From: Antedon mediterranea
Taxonomy: Eukaryota; Animalia; Echinodermata
Direction: 5' to 3'
Length of the DNA stretch: 64,000 nt
Assembly (NCBI RefSeq): GCF_964355755.1
Contig: NC_092677.1
Coordinates: forward strand, 12,980,101-13,044,100
The position numbers and the translations under genes were made by a program. Within the stretch, counting starts at the first letter, position 1, and each line of letters opens with the position of its first letter. The notes below the pieces were generated by a model, which was given only the letters and a program-made list of their open reading frames with translations, was not told where the DNA came from and searched no databases. Positions 49,501-60,730 of this stretch are shown one piece after another.

Positions 49501-52500
49501 CTTATTTAAGCAGTGAGCTTATTTGAGCAGTGAGCTTAATTGAGCAGTGAAACTTATTAAAGCAGTGAACTTATTTTAGCAGTGAAACACATTTAAGCTG
49601 TGAAACTTGATTTGAGCAGTGAGCTTATTTGAGCAGTGAGCTTATTTGAGCAGTGAAACTTATTTGAGCAGTAAAACTTATTTGAGTAGTGAAACTTATT
49701 TGAGCAGTGAGCTTATTTGAGCAGGGAGCTTATTTGAGCAGTGAAACTTATTTGAGCAGTGAGCTTATTTAAGCTGTGAAACTTGATTTGAGCAGTGAGC
49801 TTATTTGAGCAGTAAGCTTATTTGAGCAGTGAAACTTATTTGAGCAGTGAAACTTATTTAAGCAGTGAAACTTATTTTAGCAGTGAAACTGGATTTGAGC
49901 AGTGAGCTTATTTGAGCAGTGAGCTTATTTGAGCAGTGAAACTTATTTAAGCAGTGAAACTTATTTGAGCAGTGAAACTTATTTGAGCAGTGAAACTTAT
50001 TTGAGCAGTGAAACTTATTTGAGCAGTGAAACTTATTTGAGCAGTGAAACTTATTTGAGCAGTGAGCTTATTTGAGCAGTGAAACTTATTAGAGCAATGA
50101 ACTTATTTAAGCAGTGAAACTTATTTGAGCAGTGAAACTTATTTGAGCAGTGAAACTTATTTGAGCAGTGAGCTTATTTGAGCAGTAAAACTTATTTGGG
50201 CAGTGAAACTTATTTGAGCAGTGGAACTTATTTGAGCAGGGAGCTTATTTGAGCAGGGAGCTTATTTGAGCAGTGAAACTTATTTGAGCAGTGAACCTTA
50301 ATTGAGCAGTGAAACTTATTAGAGAAGTGAACTTATTAAGCAGTGAGCTTATTTGAGCAGTGAAACTTATTAGAGCAGTGAGCTTAATTGAGCAATGAAA
50401 CTTATTAGAGCAGTGAACTTATTTAAGCAGTGAAACTTATTTAAGCAGTGAAACTTGATTTGAGCTGTGAAACTTGATTTGAGCAGTGAGCTTATTTGAG
50501 CAGTGAAACTTATTTGAGCAGTGAAACTTATTTGAGCAGTGAAACTTATTTGAGCAGTGAAACTTATTTGAGCAGTGAAACTTATTTGAGCAGTGAGCTT
50601 ATTTGAGCAGTGAGCTTATTTAAGCAGTGAAACTTATTTGAGCAGTGAAACTTATTTGAGCAGTGAGCTTATTTGAGCAGTGAGCTTATTTGAGCAGTGA
50701 GCTTATTTGAGCAGTGAAACTTATTTAAGCAGTGAAACTTATTTGAGCAGTGAAACTTATTTGAGCAGTGAAACTTATTTGAGCAGTGAAACTTATTAGA
50801 GCAATGAACTTATTTAAGCAGTGAAACTTATTTGAGCAGTGAAACTTATTTGAGCATTGAAACTTATTTGAGCAGTGAAACTTATTTGAGCAGTGAGCTT
50901 ATTTGAGCAGTAAAACTTATTTCGGCAGTGAAACTTATTTGGGCAGTGAAACTTATTTGAGCAGTGAAACTTATTTGAGCAGGGAGCTTATTTGAGCTGG
51001 GAGCTTATTGAGCAGTGAAGCTTATTTGAGCAGTGAAGCTTAATTGAGCAGTGAAACTTATTAGAGAAGTGAACTTATTTAAACAGTGAGCTTATTTGAG
51101 CAGTGAGCTTTATTGAGCAGTGAAACTTATTAGAGCAGTGAACTTATTTAAGCAGTGAAACTTATTTAAGCTGTGAAACTTGATTTGAGCAGTGAGCTTA
51201 TTTGAGCAGTGAGCTTATTTGAGCAGTGAAACTTATTTGAGCAGTGAAACTTATTTGAGTAGTGAAACTTATTTGAGCAGTGAGCTTATTTGAGCAGTGA
51301 AACTTATTAGAGCAATGAACTTATTTAAGCAGTGAAACTTATTTGAGCAGTGAAACCTATTTGAGCAGTGAAACTTATTTGAGCAGTGAAACTTATTTGA
51401 GCAGTGAGCTTATTTGAGCAGTGAAACTTATTTGAGCAGTGAAACTTATTTGAGCAGTGAAACTTATTTGAGCAGTGAAACTTACTTGAGCAGTGAAACT
51501 TATTTGAGCAGGGAGCTTATTTGAGCTGGGAGCTTATTGAGCAGTGAAACTTATTTGAGCAGTGAGCTTAATTGAGCAGTGAAACTTATTAGAGAAGTGA
51601 ACTTATTTAAGCAGTGAGCTTATTTGAACAGTGAGCTTAATTAAGCAGTGAAACTTATAAGAGCAGTGAACTTATTTAAGCAGTGAAACTTATTTAAGCT
51701 GTGAAACTTGATTTGAGCAGTGAGCTTATTTGAGCAGTGAGCTTATTTGAGCAGTGAAACTTATTTGAGCAGTGAAACTTATTTGAGTAGTGAAACTTAT
51801 TTGAGCAGTGAGCTTATTTGAGCAGTGAAACTAGAGCAGTGAACTTATTTAAGCAGTGAAACTTATTTGAGCAGTGAAACTTATTTGAGCAGTGAAACTT
51901 ATTTGAGCAGTGAAACTTATTTGAGCAGTAAAACTTATTTGAGCAGTAAAACTTATTTGAGCAGTGAGCTTATTTGAGCAGTGAGCTTATTTGAGCAGTG
52001 AGCTTATTTGAGCAGTGAGCTTATTTGAGCAGTGAAACTTATTTGAGCAGTAAGCTTATTTGAGCAGTGAAACTTATTTGAGCAGTGAGCTTATTTGAGC
52101 AGTGAAACTTATTTAAGCAGTGAAACTTATTTGAGCAGTGAAACTTATTTGAGCAGTGAAACTTATTTGAGCAGTGAAACTTATTTGAGCAGTGAAACTT
52201 ATTAGAGCAATGAACTTATTTAAGCAGTGAAACTTATTTGAGCAGTGAAACTTATTTGAGCATTGAAACTTATTTGAGCAGTGAAACTTATTTGAGCAGT
52301 GAGCTTATTTGAGCAGTAAAACTTATTTCGGCAGTGAAACTTATTTGGGCAGTGAAACTTATTTGAGCAGTGAAACTTATTTGAGCAGGGAGCTTATTTG
52401 AGCTGGGAGCTTATTGAGCAGTGAAGCTTATTTGAGCAGTGAAGCTTAATTGAGCAGTGAAACTTATTAGAGAAGTGAACTTATTTAAACAGTGAGCTTA

Positions 52501-55500
52501 TTTGAGCAGTGAGCTTTATTGAGCAGTGAAACTTATTAGAGCAGTGAACTTATTTAAGCAGTGAAACTTATTTAAGCTGTGAAACTTGATTTGAGCAGTG
52601 AGCTTATTTGAGCAGTGAGCTTATTTGAGCAGTGAAACTTATTTGAGCAGTGAAACTTATTTGAGTAGTGAAACTTATTTGAGCAGTGAGCTTATTTGAG
52701 CAGTGAAACTTATTAGAGCAATGAACTTATTTAAGCAGTGAAACTTATTTGAGCAGTGAAACCTATTTGAGCAGTGAAACTTATTTGAGCAGTGAAACTT
52801 ATTTGAGCAGTGAGCTTATTTGAGCAGTGAAACTTATTTGAGCAGTGAAACTTATTTGAGCAGTGAAACTTATTTGAGCAGTGAAACTTACTTGAGCAGT
52901 GAAACTTATTTGAGCAGGGAGCTTATTTGAGCTGGGAGCTTATTGAGCAGTGAAACTTATTTGAGCAGTGAGCTTAATTGAGCAGTGAAACTTATTAGAG
53001 AAGTGAACTTATTTAAGCAGTGAGCTTATTTGAACAGTGAGCTTAATTAAGCAGTGAAACTTATAAGAGCAGTGAACTTATTTAAGCAGTGAAACTTATT
53101 TAAGCTGTGAAACTTGATTTGAGCAGTGAGCTTATTTGAGCAGTGAGCTTATTTGAGCAGTGAAACTTATTTGAGCAGTGAAACTTATTTGAGTAGTGAA
53201 ACTTATTTGAGCAGTGAGCTTATTTGAGCAGTGAAACTAGAGCAGTGAACTTATTTAAGCAGTGAAACTTATTTGAGCAGTGAAACTTATTTGAGCAGTG
53301 AAACTTATTTGAGCAGTAAAACTTATTTGAGCAGTGAGCTTATTTGAGCAGTGAGCTTATTTGAGCAGTGAGCTTATTTGAGCAGTGAGCTTATTTGAGC
53401 AGTGAAACTTATTTGAGCAGTAAGCTTATTTGAGCAGTGAAACTTATTTGAGCAGTACAGTAAGCTTATTTGAGCATTGAAACTTATTTGAGCAGTGAAC
53501 TTATTCAAGTCCATGGATTAGGGTCTTATACTGTGTTCTAATAAAGAAAAAATATATTCATTTTCTTCAAAGCAGCCTTATCCAAGATTATCTGGATTTT
53601 CTTTTTAATCATTTAACTAACTCATTAAAAATTAGTTTTTGATTGATTCTTTTTTACCAGAGCGCAGACGTTAGCTGAAGGGAGCGCATTTAATTCTGCA
53701 GACTTTGAGAAATTCTCAAGTTGGTCGACTCCGTCTTCGTTGCTTTCACAGACACTTTCTATGGACACCGATTCTTCTACCAAGGCAAGTACCAACAGTT
53801 AATAATTTTCAGTCATACTTAAAGATCTATACATCTATTTTCCTGGTGTAGATATACTAATTTATTAATATTCATTTTAATTTAATTTATTTTTTAACTT
53901 TACTAGTCTGATGACGCAAAGCCCTCAACTGACGTGTGGTCTGTGAAGGATCCGATTGGAAACTTGACGGATCTAGTTGCCAATGTTGACATCCCTGATG
54001 ATGTCATCTTGCTCAAATCCTGCTTCACTGCAGCGTAAGTGTCAGGCCACCATATATATATGAACTTATGGGACATAGGTCAAAGAACAGGAATCACATG
54101 TTAAACAATCTTTTAATACAAAATCATGCAGAGTATGTCAGTAGTGGTCAAATGTTTGTATATCTTATTTATGAATGAAATGTATTTTGACAAATTGAGT
54201 TATTTATATTATTCTATAGTGATCCTGATGTTGGCCAACCCGAGTGGTTAAAGCATGTACACCTGGAGGAGTTCTCTGCCATCTTGAAACAGATGTTAAT
54301 GCAGACCATTCACTGCTTAGCAAACACCAGATGGGAGTTAAGACGTATGGGGGAACAGGTTAGTGATGCCAACACTGAAAGATCTGTCTACACTATCAAA
54401 CCTTAAAGCTCTGTCTACACTATCAAACCTTAAAGCTCTGTCTACACTATCAAACCTTAAAGCTCTGTCTACACTATCAAACCTTAAAGCTCTGTCTACA
54501 CTATCAAACCTTAAAGCTCTGTCTACACTATCAAACCTTAAAGCTCTGTCTACACTATCAAACCTTAAAGCTCTGTCTACACTATCAAACCTTAAAGCTC
54601 TGTCTACACTATCAAACTGGTTTGACAAAAAATGTGCCCAAATATGATAGTGATATGTTGTCATCGTTTCGATATATGGGCACATCACATTTTTTTTTGT
54701 CACATAAAATTTTAGACAGAGCTTTAGATAAATTTCAGAATGATCGTAAATTTCAGAATAGTTTTTTTTTTTTTTTGCCAATCTTTTTTACTTATTGCCA
54801 TGTTCATGTCAAAAACCTTTGATTTGAATTCACAGACGCTACCTTTGATAACCGAGTGCATCAGATGGTATGACATGAATATTTTAAAACAGCTATGGGA
54901 TATGTGGTTTACATGCAAGGCTACCTTGATAGGCTATGGCATGGGCCTAGCTTTGAAGTACTCCATTCATCATGCCGTTAGGTTGATATTCTTCCTTGAG
55001 CAACCACCAGCTTCATGGAAGGTAAGTTTTTTTATTTTCTTACCCTGATTTGTATTGTCTTTGCAATCTGCATTTTTAATAACAGAATTGTAACAGTATT
55101 TAGGCCTATAAATAGTATTTTAACATAGCCGTTTGCAATTTGATGTATTTTTCTTTGTTGTTTTATTGTCTTAATTATGCCAAGCAAAATGAATTTCCTT
55201 TCTAAAGTGGACCAATCAAATTTCTTGAAACTACTGTACAATGTAGCAAAACTTTGAATTAAGTATGAATTAAAATGTAGAATATTACATCATCAAATCA
55301 CAAAATGAATTCGTCAATGATAATAATAATAATGCCATATTATGTGCCTATAAAAGCTTAATTTAATTAAGCTTTTAAAGGCACATTAATATTTATACCT
55401 CTTTCACAATACCTAGTAAAAGCTGAAGTTGTTCGAGTCTGCTCAGCTCTCGATGTGTTTTATATTTCACAGAATCCTGAGATGTGTCGATACATCGCAT

Positions 55501-58500
55501 CATCCATTGTTGACGTGACACAGCAGGGCTTGTCCATGTGGAGTGAGAGTGCACTGCAGCTTCTGTCCCGTCCAATCACAGACAAGCTATCAGTAATCGC
55601 CATGGAGATACTTATTCTGAAACAGAGTTACTTCCCGCACATTCCTACTAAGGTGGGTATCTGTCTTGGCAAAGCTAAAAGCATGCAGTAAGCTAGTATT
55701 AGATTTATAAGTATCCTTGTCGTTTGATTTGTTGATTAGGTATCACATGATGTTAACTATTCCTCACAATTAAGTACATTGCACGATCAGGTGGTCGTAC
55801 ATTTCACATTTTAAATGTGTGCCGTTTTAATGAATAGTTAACGTTTATTTAATAAACCATGAGTCAATCTTTCAACTCTAGAATATTCTCACCATTCAAT
55901 TCATAAACATTCATTATTTGTACAATATTCTTAATATAATGAGTCAAACTGCAACTCTAGTTGACCAGTATTATATGTGAAACAATTTTTGATAAACCAT
56001 TTCATTTAGTTAGGGCCTAATGGTTTTAAATGTTTACTAAATGTTTGCTAATTTTTCTCAATAGAAATCCGAGGAGGAGATGTGCATTGTAAGAAAACTA
56101 CAGCATCTCTTTGTATGGGCTCATCCTGATCATAGTTTAACAAAAACGTTTAATACATTAAGTCCAAAGAAATCATTTCAAACAGTAACAGATGGCTTTC
56201 TCTGGTAAGATGTTGAGAGTGATGTTAGAGATATCAAATCCTTTTTCACATTAAATTAAAACCATTGTGTTCAGAATTGTTCAGGCTTCTGTTTGTATGA
56301 TTTTATATGAATAAATAAATATACCTGAAAAAAAAGCAAAAAAAAAAAAAAAACTCTAGAAAAACACTGGACTGCTTTCTGGAGTGCTAGTACTATTCAC
56401 ATCTATTAAAAACTTCAGAGACCCAATTCACAAAAGTGTTTAAAAAAAGTATTCAATAATTGTATTAATCTGTTGAAGATGAAATGAATAAATAGTGGTT
56501 AACGCCACAAAATAGAGAAATAAAAAAAGTATTTAAAATAAAATAAATTTTCAGCAGAGGGTCCCCTCACATCTTCAAACAGTGAGTGAGTGGCCGAGCG
56601 GTTAAGACAGTGGAACCGTAATCACGTAGCCATAACATCGGCAGCGGTTCGAGGCTCACTCACTCCATGGTTCTGGTGGTAGAACGAGTCTTCTCGGATA
56701 AGGACTATAAACCGTAGGTCCAGTGTACACAACTTGCTCGTGTGCACTTTAAAGAACCTAGTACATCTTTCGAGACGAGTAGGGTGTTACCCCGGTGTAT
56801 TAGTACATCACAGCCACTGATAACCAACTGGGCCCTCTGGGAGATCAGTCTTTGACTGAAGAGGTCACCCAGTATAAAGATAAAACAAACAAACAAACAG
56901 GGATTTCTTTCTGGTTGAAACGTGGAGTAGGATCTCGCTTTTATTATATAATCAATTTTGTTGTTGTTTGATTACAGTTGTTGTATCAAAGATTCCTCAT
57001 CTGAATCCTACCCTCTGCAAATGGAGAAGTATCTTTTCACTGAGATACATTGTCTGCTTCCCCTGTATATGAGGACTTGCAGCCTTCCTCTTGCCAGCCA
57101 GATACTGCCACTGTTGCTTGGGCTAGCAGGCTACTATAGTGAAGATATGAGCATGTGTAAGGCTCTCCTAGACAGGTTCGTCTCAGAGCTATGGCACAAT
57201 TTGCATATATTGTACTATAGCGTTTTTAAAATTGTTTGTATTCGTCTTCATTAAAGATGGTAACCCAGATCAGTGATATCACTGCTTTCCACTGGGTCCC
57301 TGGCCAATCTATGCATTTTTTAAAGTAATTTAAATTCTGAAAATACAGAATTTAGCTTCTGTTAAGAACTTGCAATTATATACTAACAGACAATGGCCAT
57401 TTGTATTTTAAGAAATGGATTTTAATCTATTTTTTTGTGATATTTATTACAGCGTATTTCGCATATTGTTGCTCAATTTTCTCCCAAATTGAAATATGTT
57501 GGTGCTGTAACAATACCATATACAACTTATTTTGTTATTGATTTTCAGAAAATTCTCTTCTTAACAAAGACAAAAACCTAGTTATATATTTAATGTTGAT
57601 TATATATTATTTATATTATTATTTCTCCCATCAGTTGTTTGTCCGTTGTAATAATTATGGAAGATTGGCTTCATAGACAATGTTTGACAGACACCCCACC
57701 AGAGCTAGCTTCTTGGTTCCATATGGCTCTTAGCGAAATCATAGACATTGTTCAGTTAAAGGTTAGTACAACACAAGACATTTATTTACAATATGACATT
57801 TTATCTATTTTATTTATGTCTTTGGGCACATGTGGCCAAGGATTACCAATAGTAAATTAATCACTGTCCTATCATCAGACCAGATAGGTGATAATCCCCC
57901 TGATACAGGGGCTAACCAGTTCACCAGAGTAACCCTCTACTCCTCTAGAATGATGAATGCCCACAATTAAATGGGTTTCAGATAGAAAACGGTGACATGA
58001 GCGATTGATATGATGACATGAATGATTGAAGATGAAGAGTCTGCAAAAAATACACTACATCAGACAAATTTGACATGCATTTTACAAGACTGAACGAGCA
58101 AGTTTATATAATCTGTATAATTTGGATCTAATGCTAATATGATTGTTTTATCTTTCGTTGTAGACATTGGAATTGTCACTTTTAAGACAAGTTTTGGATT
58201 TTTACATTAAAATCTGCAGCTTTGTTGACGGTAATGATAATATCAATAAACTCTTCTCAGTTATCACAGCTAGGTTGGAAGTGGTAAGTATTTAGTGTTG
58301 TATATCATAAGAGAGAGAGTGTTTAGTAAGTTTGTTTGCTTCCCCAGTGTGCTGGTACAAACACTCCACTCAGCACAACAGGGGATCCTCTGCTCTCCTG
58401 AGAGACGATCCCCAACTCTGCGGGGAAAACAATCCTCTACTCTCCAGAAAACAATCCTCTAATCTCTGGTGGAGACAATCCCCTAATCTCTGGTGGAGAC

Positions 58501-60730
58501 AATCTCCTACTCTCTGGTGGAGACAATCCCCTACTCTGTGGTGGAGGCAATCTCCTACTCTCTGGTGGTGGCAATCCTCTACTTGCTGGTGGAGGCAATC
58601 CCCTACTCTCTGGTGGAGACAATCTCCTACTCTCTGGTGGAGACGATCCCCTACTCTCTGGTGGAAGCAATCTCCTACTCTCCAGGGAAAACAATCTCTT
58701 TCTATCTGGTGGGGACAATCCTCTTTTTAAATGGTGTACTGTATCAAGTTTTTAAATGTGCACCGTATAGTATTTACACAGGACCATTAGCTTCAAGTCA
58801 ATCTGAAGAAATGTTTAATAGTCACTGTCAAAAGTTCAGCAAATGACCCTTGCTGACTGCTAATTGTTCTTTCAGTTGATATCTTTAGGAGGAACATTGA
58901 CTGAAGAAGATGAGTCAACATTTGATGACTTTGCGTTCATGTCTAATGACATCCCAATAAGTCCAGTTGTAGAAGATCATAGCTCAGATGGAGATGAAAG
59001 TGATTCAGGTAAAACTTCTTTTTTCTCCTTTTGTTTTAATCAATCAAACATTTATATCGCGCCAATTCCAAAAAGATGACCAAAGACCAAAATCCTAAAC
59101 AGAAATTGAAAATGAGTTTTTGAATTAATCAATCAAAAGTGGGTGAAAGTTGAAGAAGGTCGTTCCAAAGAGAATATGCAAAAAAAGAAAAAGTGCATCC
59201 TCTGTAGGTCTAAAGCTCTGTCTACACTATCAAACTTAATGTGACAACAAAATGTGATGTGCCCATATATGAACATGATGATGTCATATCACTACCATAT
59301 TTTGGAAGATCACTACCATATTTGGGCACATTAAACTTTTTGTCAAAGTTCGATAGTGTAGACAGAGCTACAGTGTGGAAATAGTGAATGTTGTTTGTAC
59401 GGTGCCTATTTGTATTGGCACAAAATAGCTAGTTTTCAGAATTCCAAAGTATTAAATTTCCAGATTTGAGAGATAGTATATTGATATTTCTTTTATCTTT
59501 GTAGTGGATGACATGGTTCCCGAGTCTCTAGCCCTCAATTCTAACACCAGTGGCACACATACACCCCATCTGTCCACCAGTGACCATGAGATGCGAGCCT
59601 TGACTCCAACAGCTGTGGGTGATGAGGAGGATTCAGGCTCAGAATGGGACAGTTGGGAGGAAGAAGAGGAGGTAATACTATTTTTTATTTAATAATTTGT
59701 CTATAATGCAGTATGCTACTATGTATTTTGCTACTGTGTTATATAACACCCAACTTGACAAATGTTAAATCCAAAAATAACCTGGAATATTTTGTGAGAT
59801 ATTTTCTTTAATATTACATACAGCATGTTAAGGCAAACTCAGACAGCTTCGTGTTCAAAGTTCTAACCTAAAAACTATGCTCTCTAAGTTGGCCTTAGTG
59901 CATTAGTAATTTACTGATGTTTTTAACCAACTATTTTGTGACTGCCTTTTAAAAATCTTAAAGTTAATATTATGGAATGCTTCTTTTTAAAGGACCAGTC
60001 AGCCCTATCATCGGTTTTCACAGAATTCTTGCACAAATTGAAGTCAAATTTTGATAATCCAATCTGTAAGTAGCTGAAAAGTTATATATGCGAGGGTTTT
60101 TGCTGTATAAAAAAACATTGTGTGTTAAAAATCTGTGAACATCTATTAGGAGTTAGAACATCTAATAAGGACACCTTTGGGACAAAACAAGGTGTCCCTG
60201 AATAGGGATGGTTCGTAGTCTATTACCCCTTGTTTGTTCCATAAGAATGTGCCCCTTAATATAATGATTATGTCCCTTTTAATAGGTGTCTCCCAAACAT
60301 ACTGTACTTGTTTTATGCTGTACCAGTATGGGTACTTCCCTGGCAATTAGATGTGTTTTAATCCTGCCAGAGACGGTATATATTAGTAACACAAAAAGAA
60401 CCACAAGCAATAGGCAATTATAAACAGTAAACAATCCGACATCCTGCCCATACTATGGGATGTGACCCCTTAGAGCTGTGTCATGTTTGTACTTTTCTCT
60501 TGATGAGTGTGTTAGCTCTGCTAGCATACAAAACAAATTTGCTGTGTAATAAAGTACTATCAAGTAACCCATGTTTTATTTTTGATATAGATTATTGTTG
60601 AGATGATATTTTTAATATTAGTTCTTTGTATAATATTTCAGCAAATGAAGATCACAGTGTTTTTCATGACAAACTTTTAAAAGCAACAGAAAAAGAAAAA
60701 CAACTGATAAACAGTCTTCTAGACCAATGA
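37561..60730 (+). CDS. Uncharacterised large HEAT/ARM-like alpha-solenoid protein (about 1274 aa; 1300 aa with optional exon)
   Basis: Phase-consistent exons: 37561-37961, 38235-38296, 38541-38776, 40960-41094, 41538-41687, 42621-42815, 43189-43309, 43552-43818, 44313-44499, 44722-44836, 45411-45509, 45659-45711, (46616-46693 optional), 53661-53784 (GC donor), 53907-54034, 54220-54358, 54836-55021, 55473-55652, 56065-56204, 56978-57175, 57635-57761, 58164-58283, 58876-59008, 59505-59671, 59993-60065, 60642-60730. HEAT-like motifs: DIWSAIRN, WQNIEGALMAI, HPQLTVREQATKAF, HPASTVRQATSAVF, WEWREGRLFAYEL, RWELRRMG. The fold is inferred. Confidence 0.85.
39047..40508. mobile_element. Non-autonomous TIR DNA transposon, about 1.46 kb, with a 5-bp TSD (hAT-like, possibly hAT5)
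   Basis: TIRs CAGGGGTTTCATTA and reverse-complement CAAGGGTTGCATTA; interrupts the third copy of a 37-bp tandem unit and duplicates AGTAC (39042-39046 and 40509-40513). Confidence 0.8.
40641..40890 (+). mobile_element. Diverged, internally deleted copy of the tRNA-derived SINE at 56581
   Basis: AGTGAGTGGCTGAGC..CAGTGGAACTGTAATTACGTAGCCATAACATCG..GGTTCGAGGCTCACT..CTAGTACAT..CCCCGGTGTA..ACAGCCACTG matches the 56581 copy. Confidence 0.8.
42093..42267. mobile_element. Second Harbinger-like MITE nested in a family B element
   Basis: IRs CCAATTTACACAGATG and CGTCTGTGTAAATTGG, flanked by TAA and TTA. Confidence 0.6.
42435..42600. mobile_element. 166-bp hAT-like MITE with a 7-bp TSD
   Basis: TIRs CAGTGGCGT and reverse-complement CAGTGGTGT; CTTTTTT on both sides (42428-42434 and 42601-42607). 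Confidence 0.7.
44866..45240. mobile_element. Family A MITE (44866-45008, TSD TAA) followed by two tandem about 97-bp copies of its right end plus flank
   Basis: TTTGATAGTGTAGACAGAGCTTAACT...AATGTGAACACAAATATA occurs three times. Confidence 0.85.
46821..46978. mobile_element. Family A MITE
   Basis: AGCTCTGTCTACACTATCAAC...TGATAGTGTAGACAGAGAT. Confidence 0.85.
47850..53507. repeat. About 5.6-kb intronic satellite of 17/18-bp monomers with higher-order structure
   Basis: Monomers GAGCAGTGAAACTTATTT (18 bp) and GAGCAGTGAGCTTATTT (17 bp), roughly 300 copies; diagnostic variants recur at a 1406-bp offset. Confidence 0.97.
54375..54723. mobile_element. Family A MITE with its left TIR amplified into nine 27-bp tandem copies
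   Basis: CCTTAAAGCTCTGTCTACACTATCAAA nine times (first copy degenerate), then the MITE body and right end AGACAGAGCT followed by TTA. Confidence 0.92.
56581..56898 (+). mobile_element. Intact tRNA-derived SINE with a Deu/Nin-type central domain
   Basis: Pol III A box TGGCCGAGCGG (56591) and B box GGTTCGAGGC (56646); core GGATAAGGACTATAAACCGTAGGTCC..TAAAGAACC..GAGTAGGGTGTTACCCCGGTGT resembles the DeuSINE domain as I recall it; (AAAC)n tail. Confidence 0.82.
58385..58725. repeat. 24-bp minisatellite, about 13 copies
   Basis: Unit CTCTGGTGGAGACAATCTCCTACT; source of the LWWRQSPT and SPPESRG ORFs. Confidence 0.92.
59038..59200 (-). mobile_element. L2/CR1-type LINE 3' tail remnant
   Basis: AATCAATCAAACATTTATATCGCGCC...GTTCCAAAG pattern typical of reverse-oriented L2/CR1 3' ends. 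Confidence 0.5.
59214..59369. mobile_element. Family A MITE
   Basis: AGCTCTGTCTACACTATCAAAC...GATAGTGTAGACAGAGCT. Confidence 0.88.

Noticed and set aside
47850-53507. Possible CRISPR array
   Set aside because: Monomers are contiguous with no unique spacers, there are no cas genes, and the context is a eukaryotic intron.
54338-54781. ORFs with FDSVDRALR / LKALSTLSN repeats
   Set aside because: Translation of the 27-bp TIR array inside an intron.
56581-56665. tRNA gene
   Set aside because: It is the tRNA-derived head of a SINE: it continues into a SINE body and tail, and has a degenerate paralogue at 40641.
57453-57520. Extra exon of the HEAT-like gene after TTACAG
   Set aside because: In the required phase it reaches a stop after 12 codons; 57175 joins 57635 in frame.
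58332-58846. WWRQSPT repeat ORFs
   Set aside because: 24-bp intronic minisatellite; exons ending 58283 and starting 58876 join in phase.
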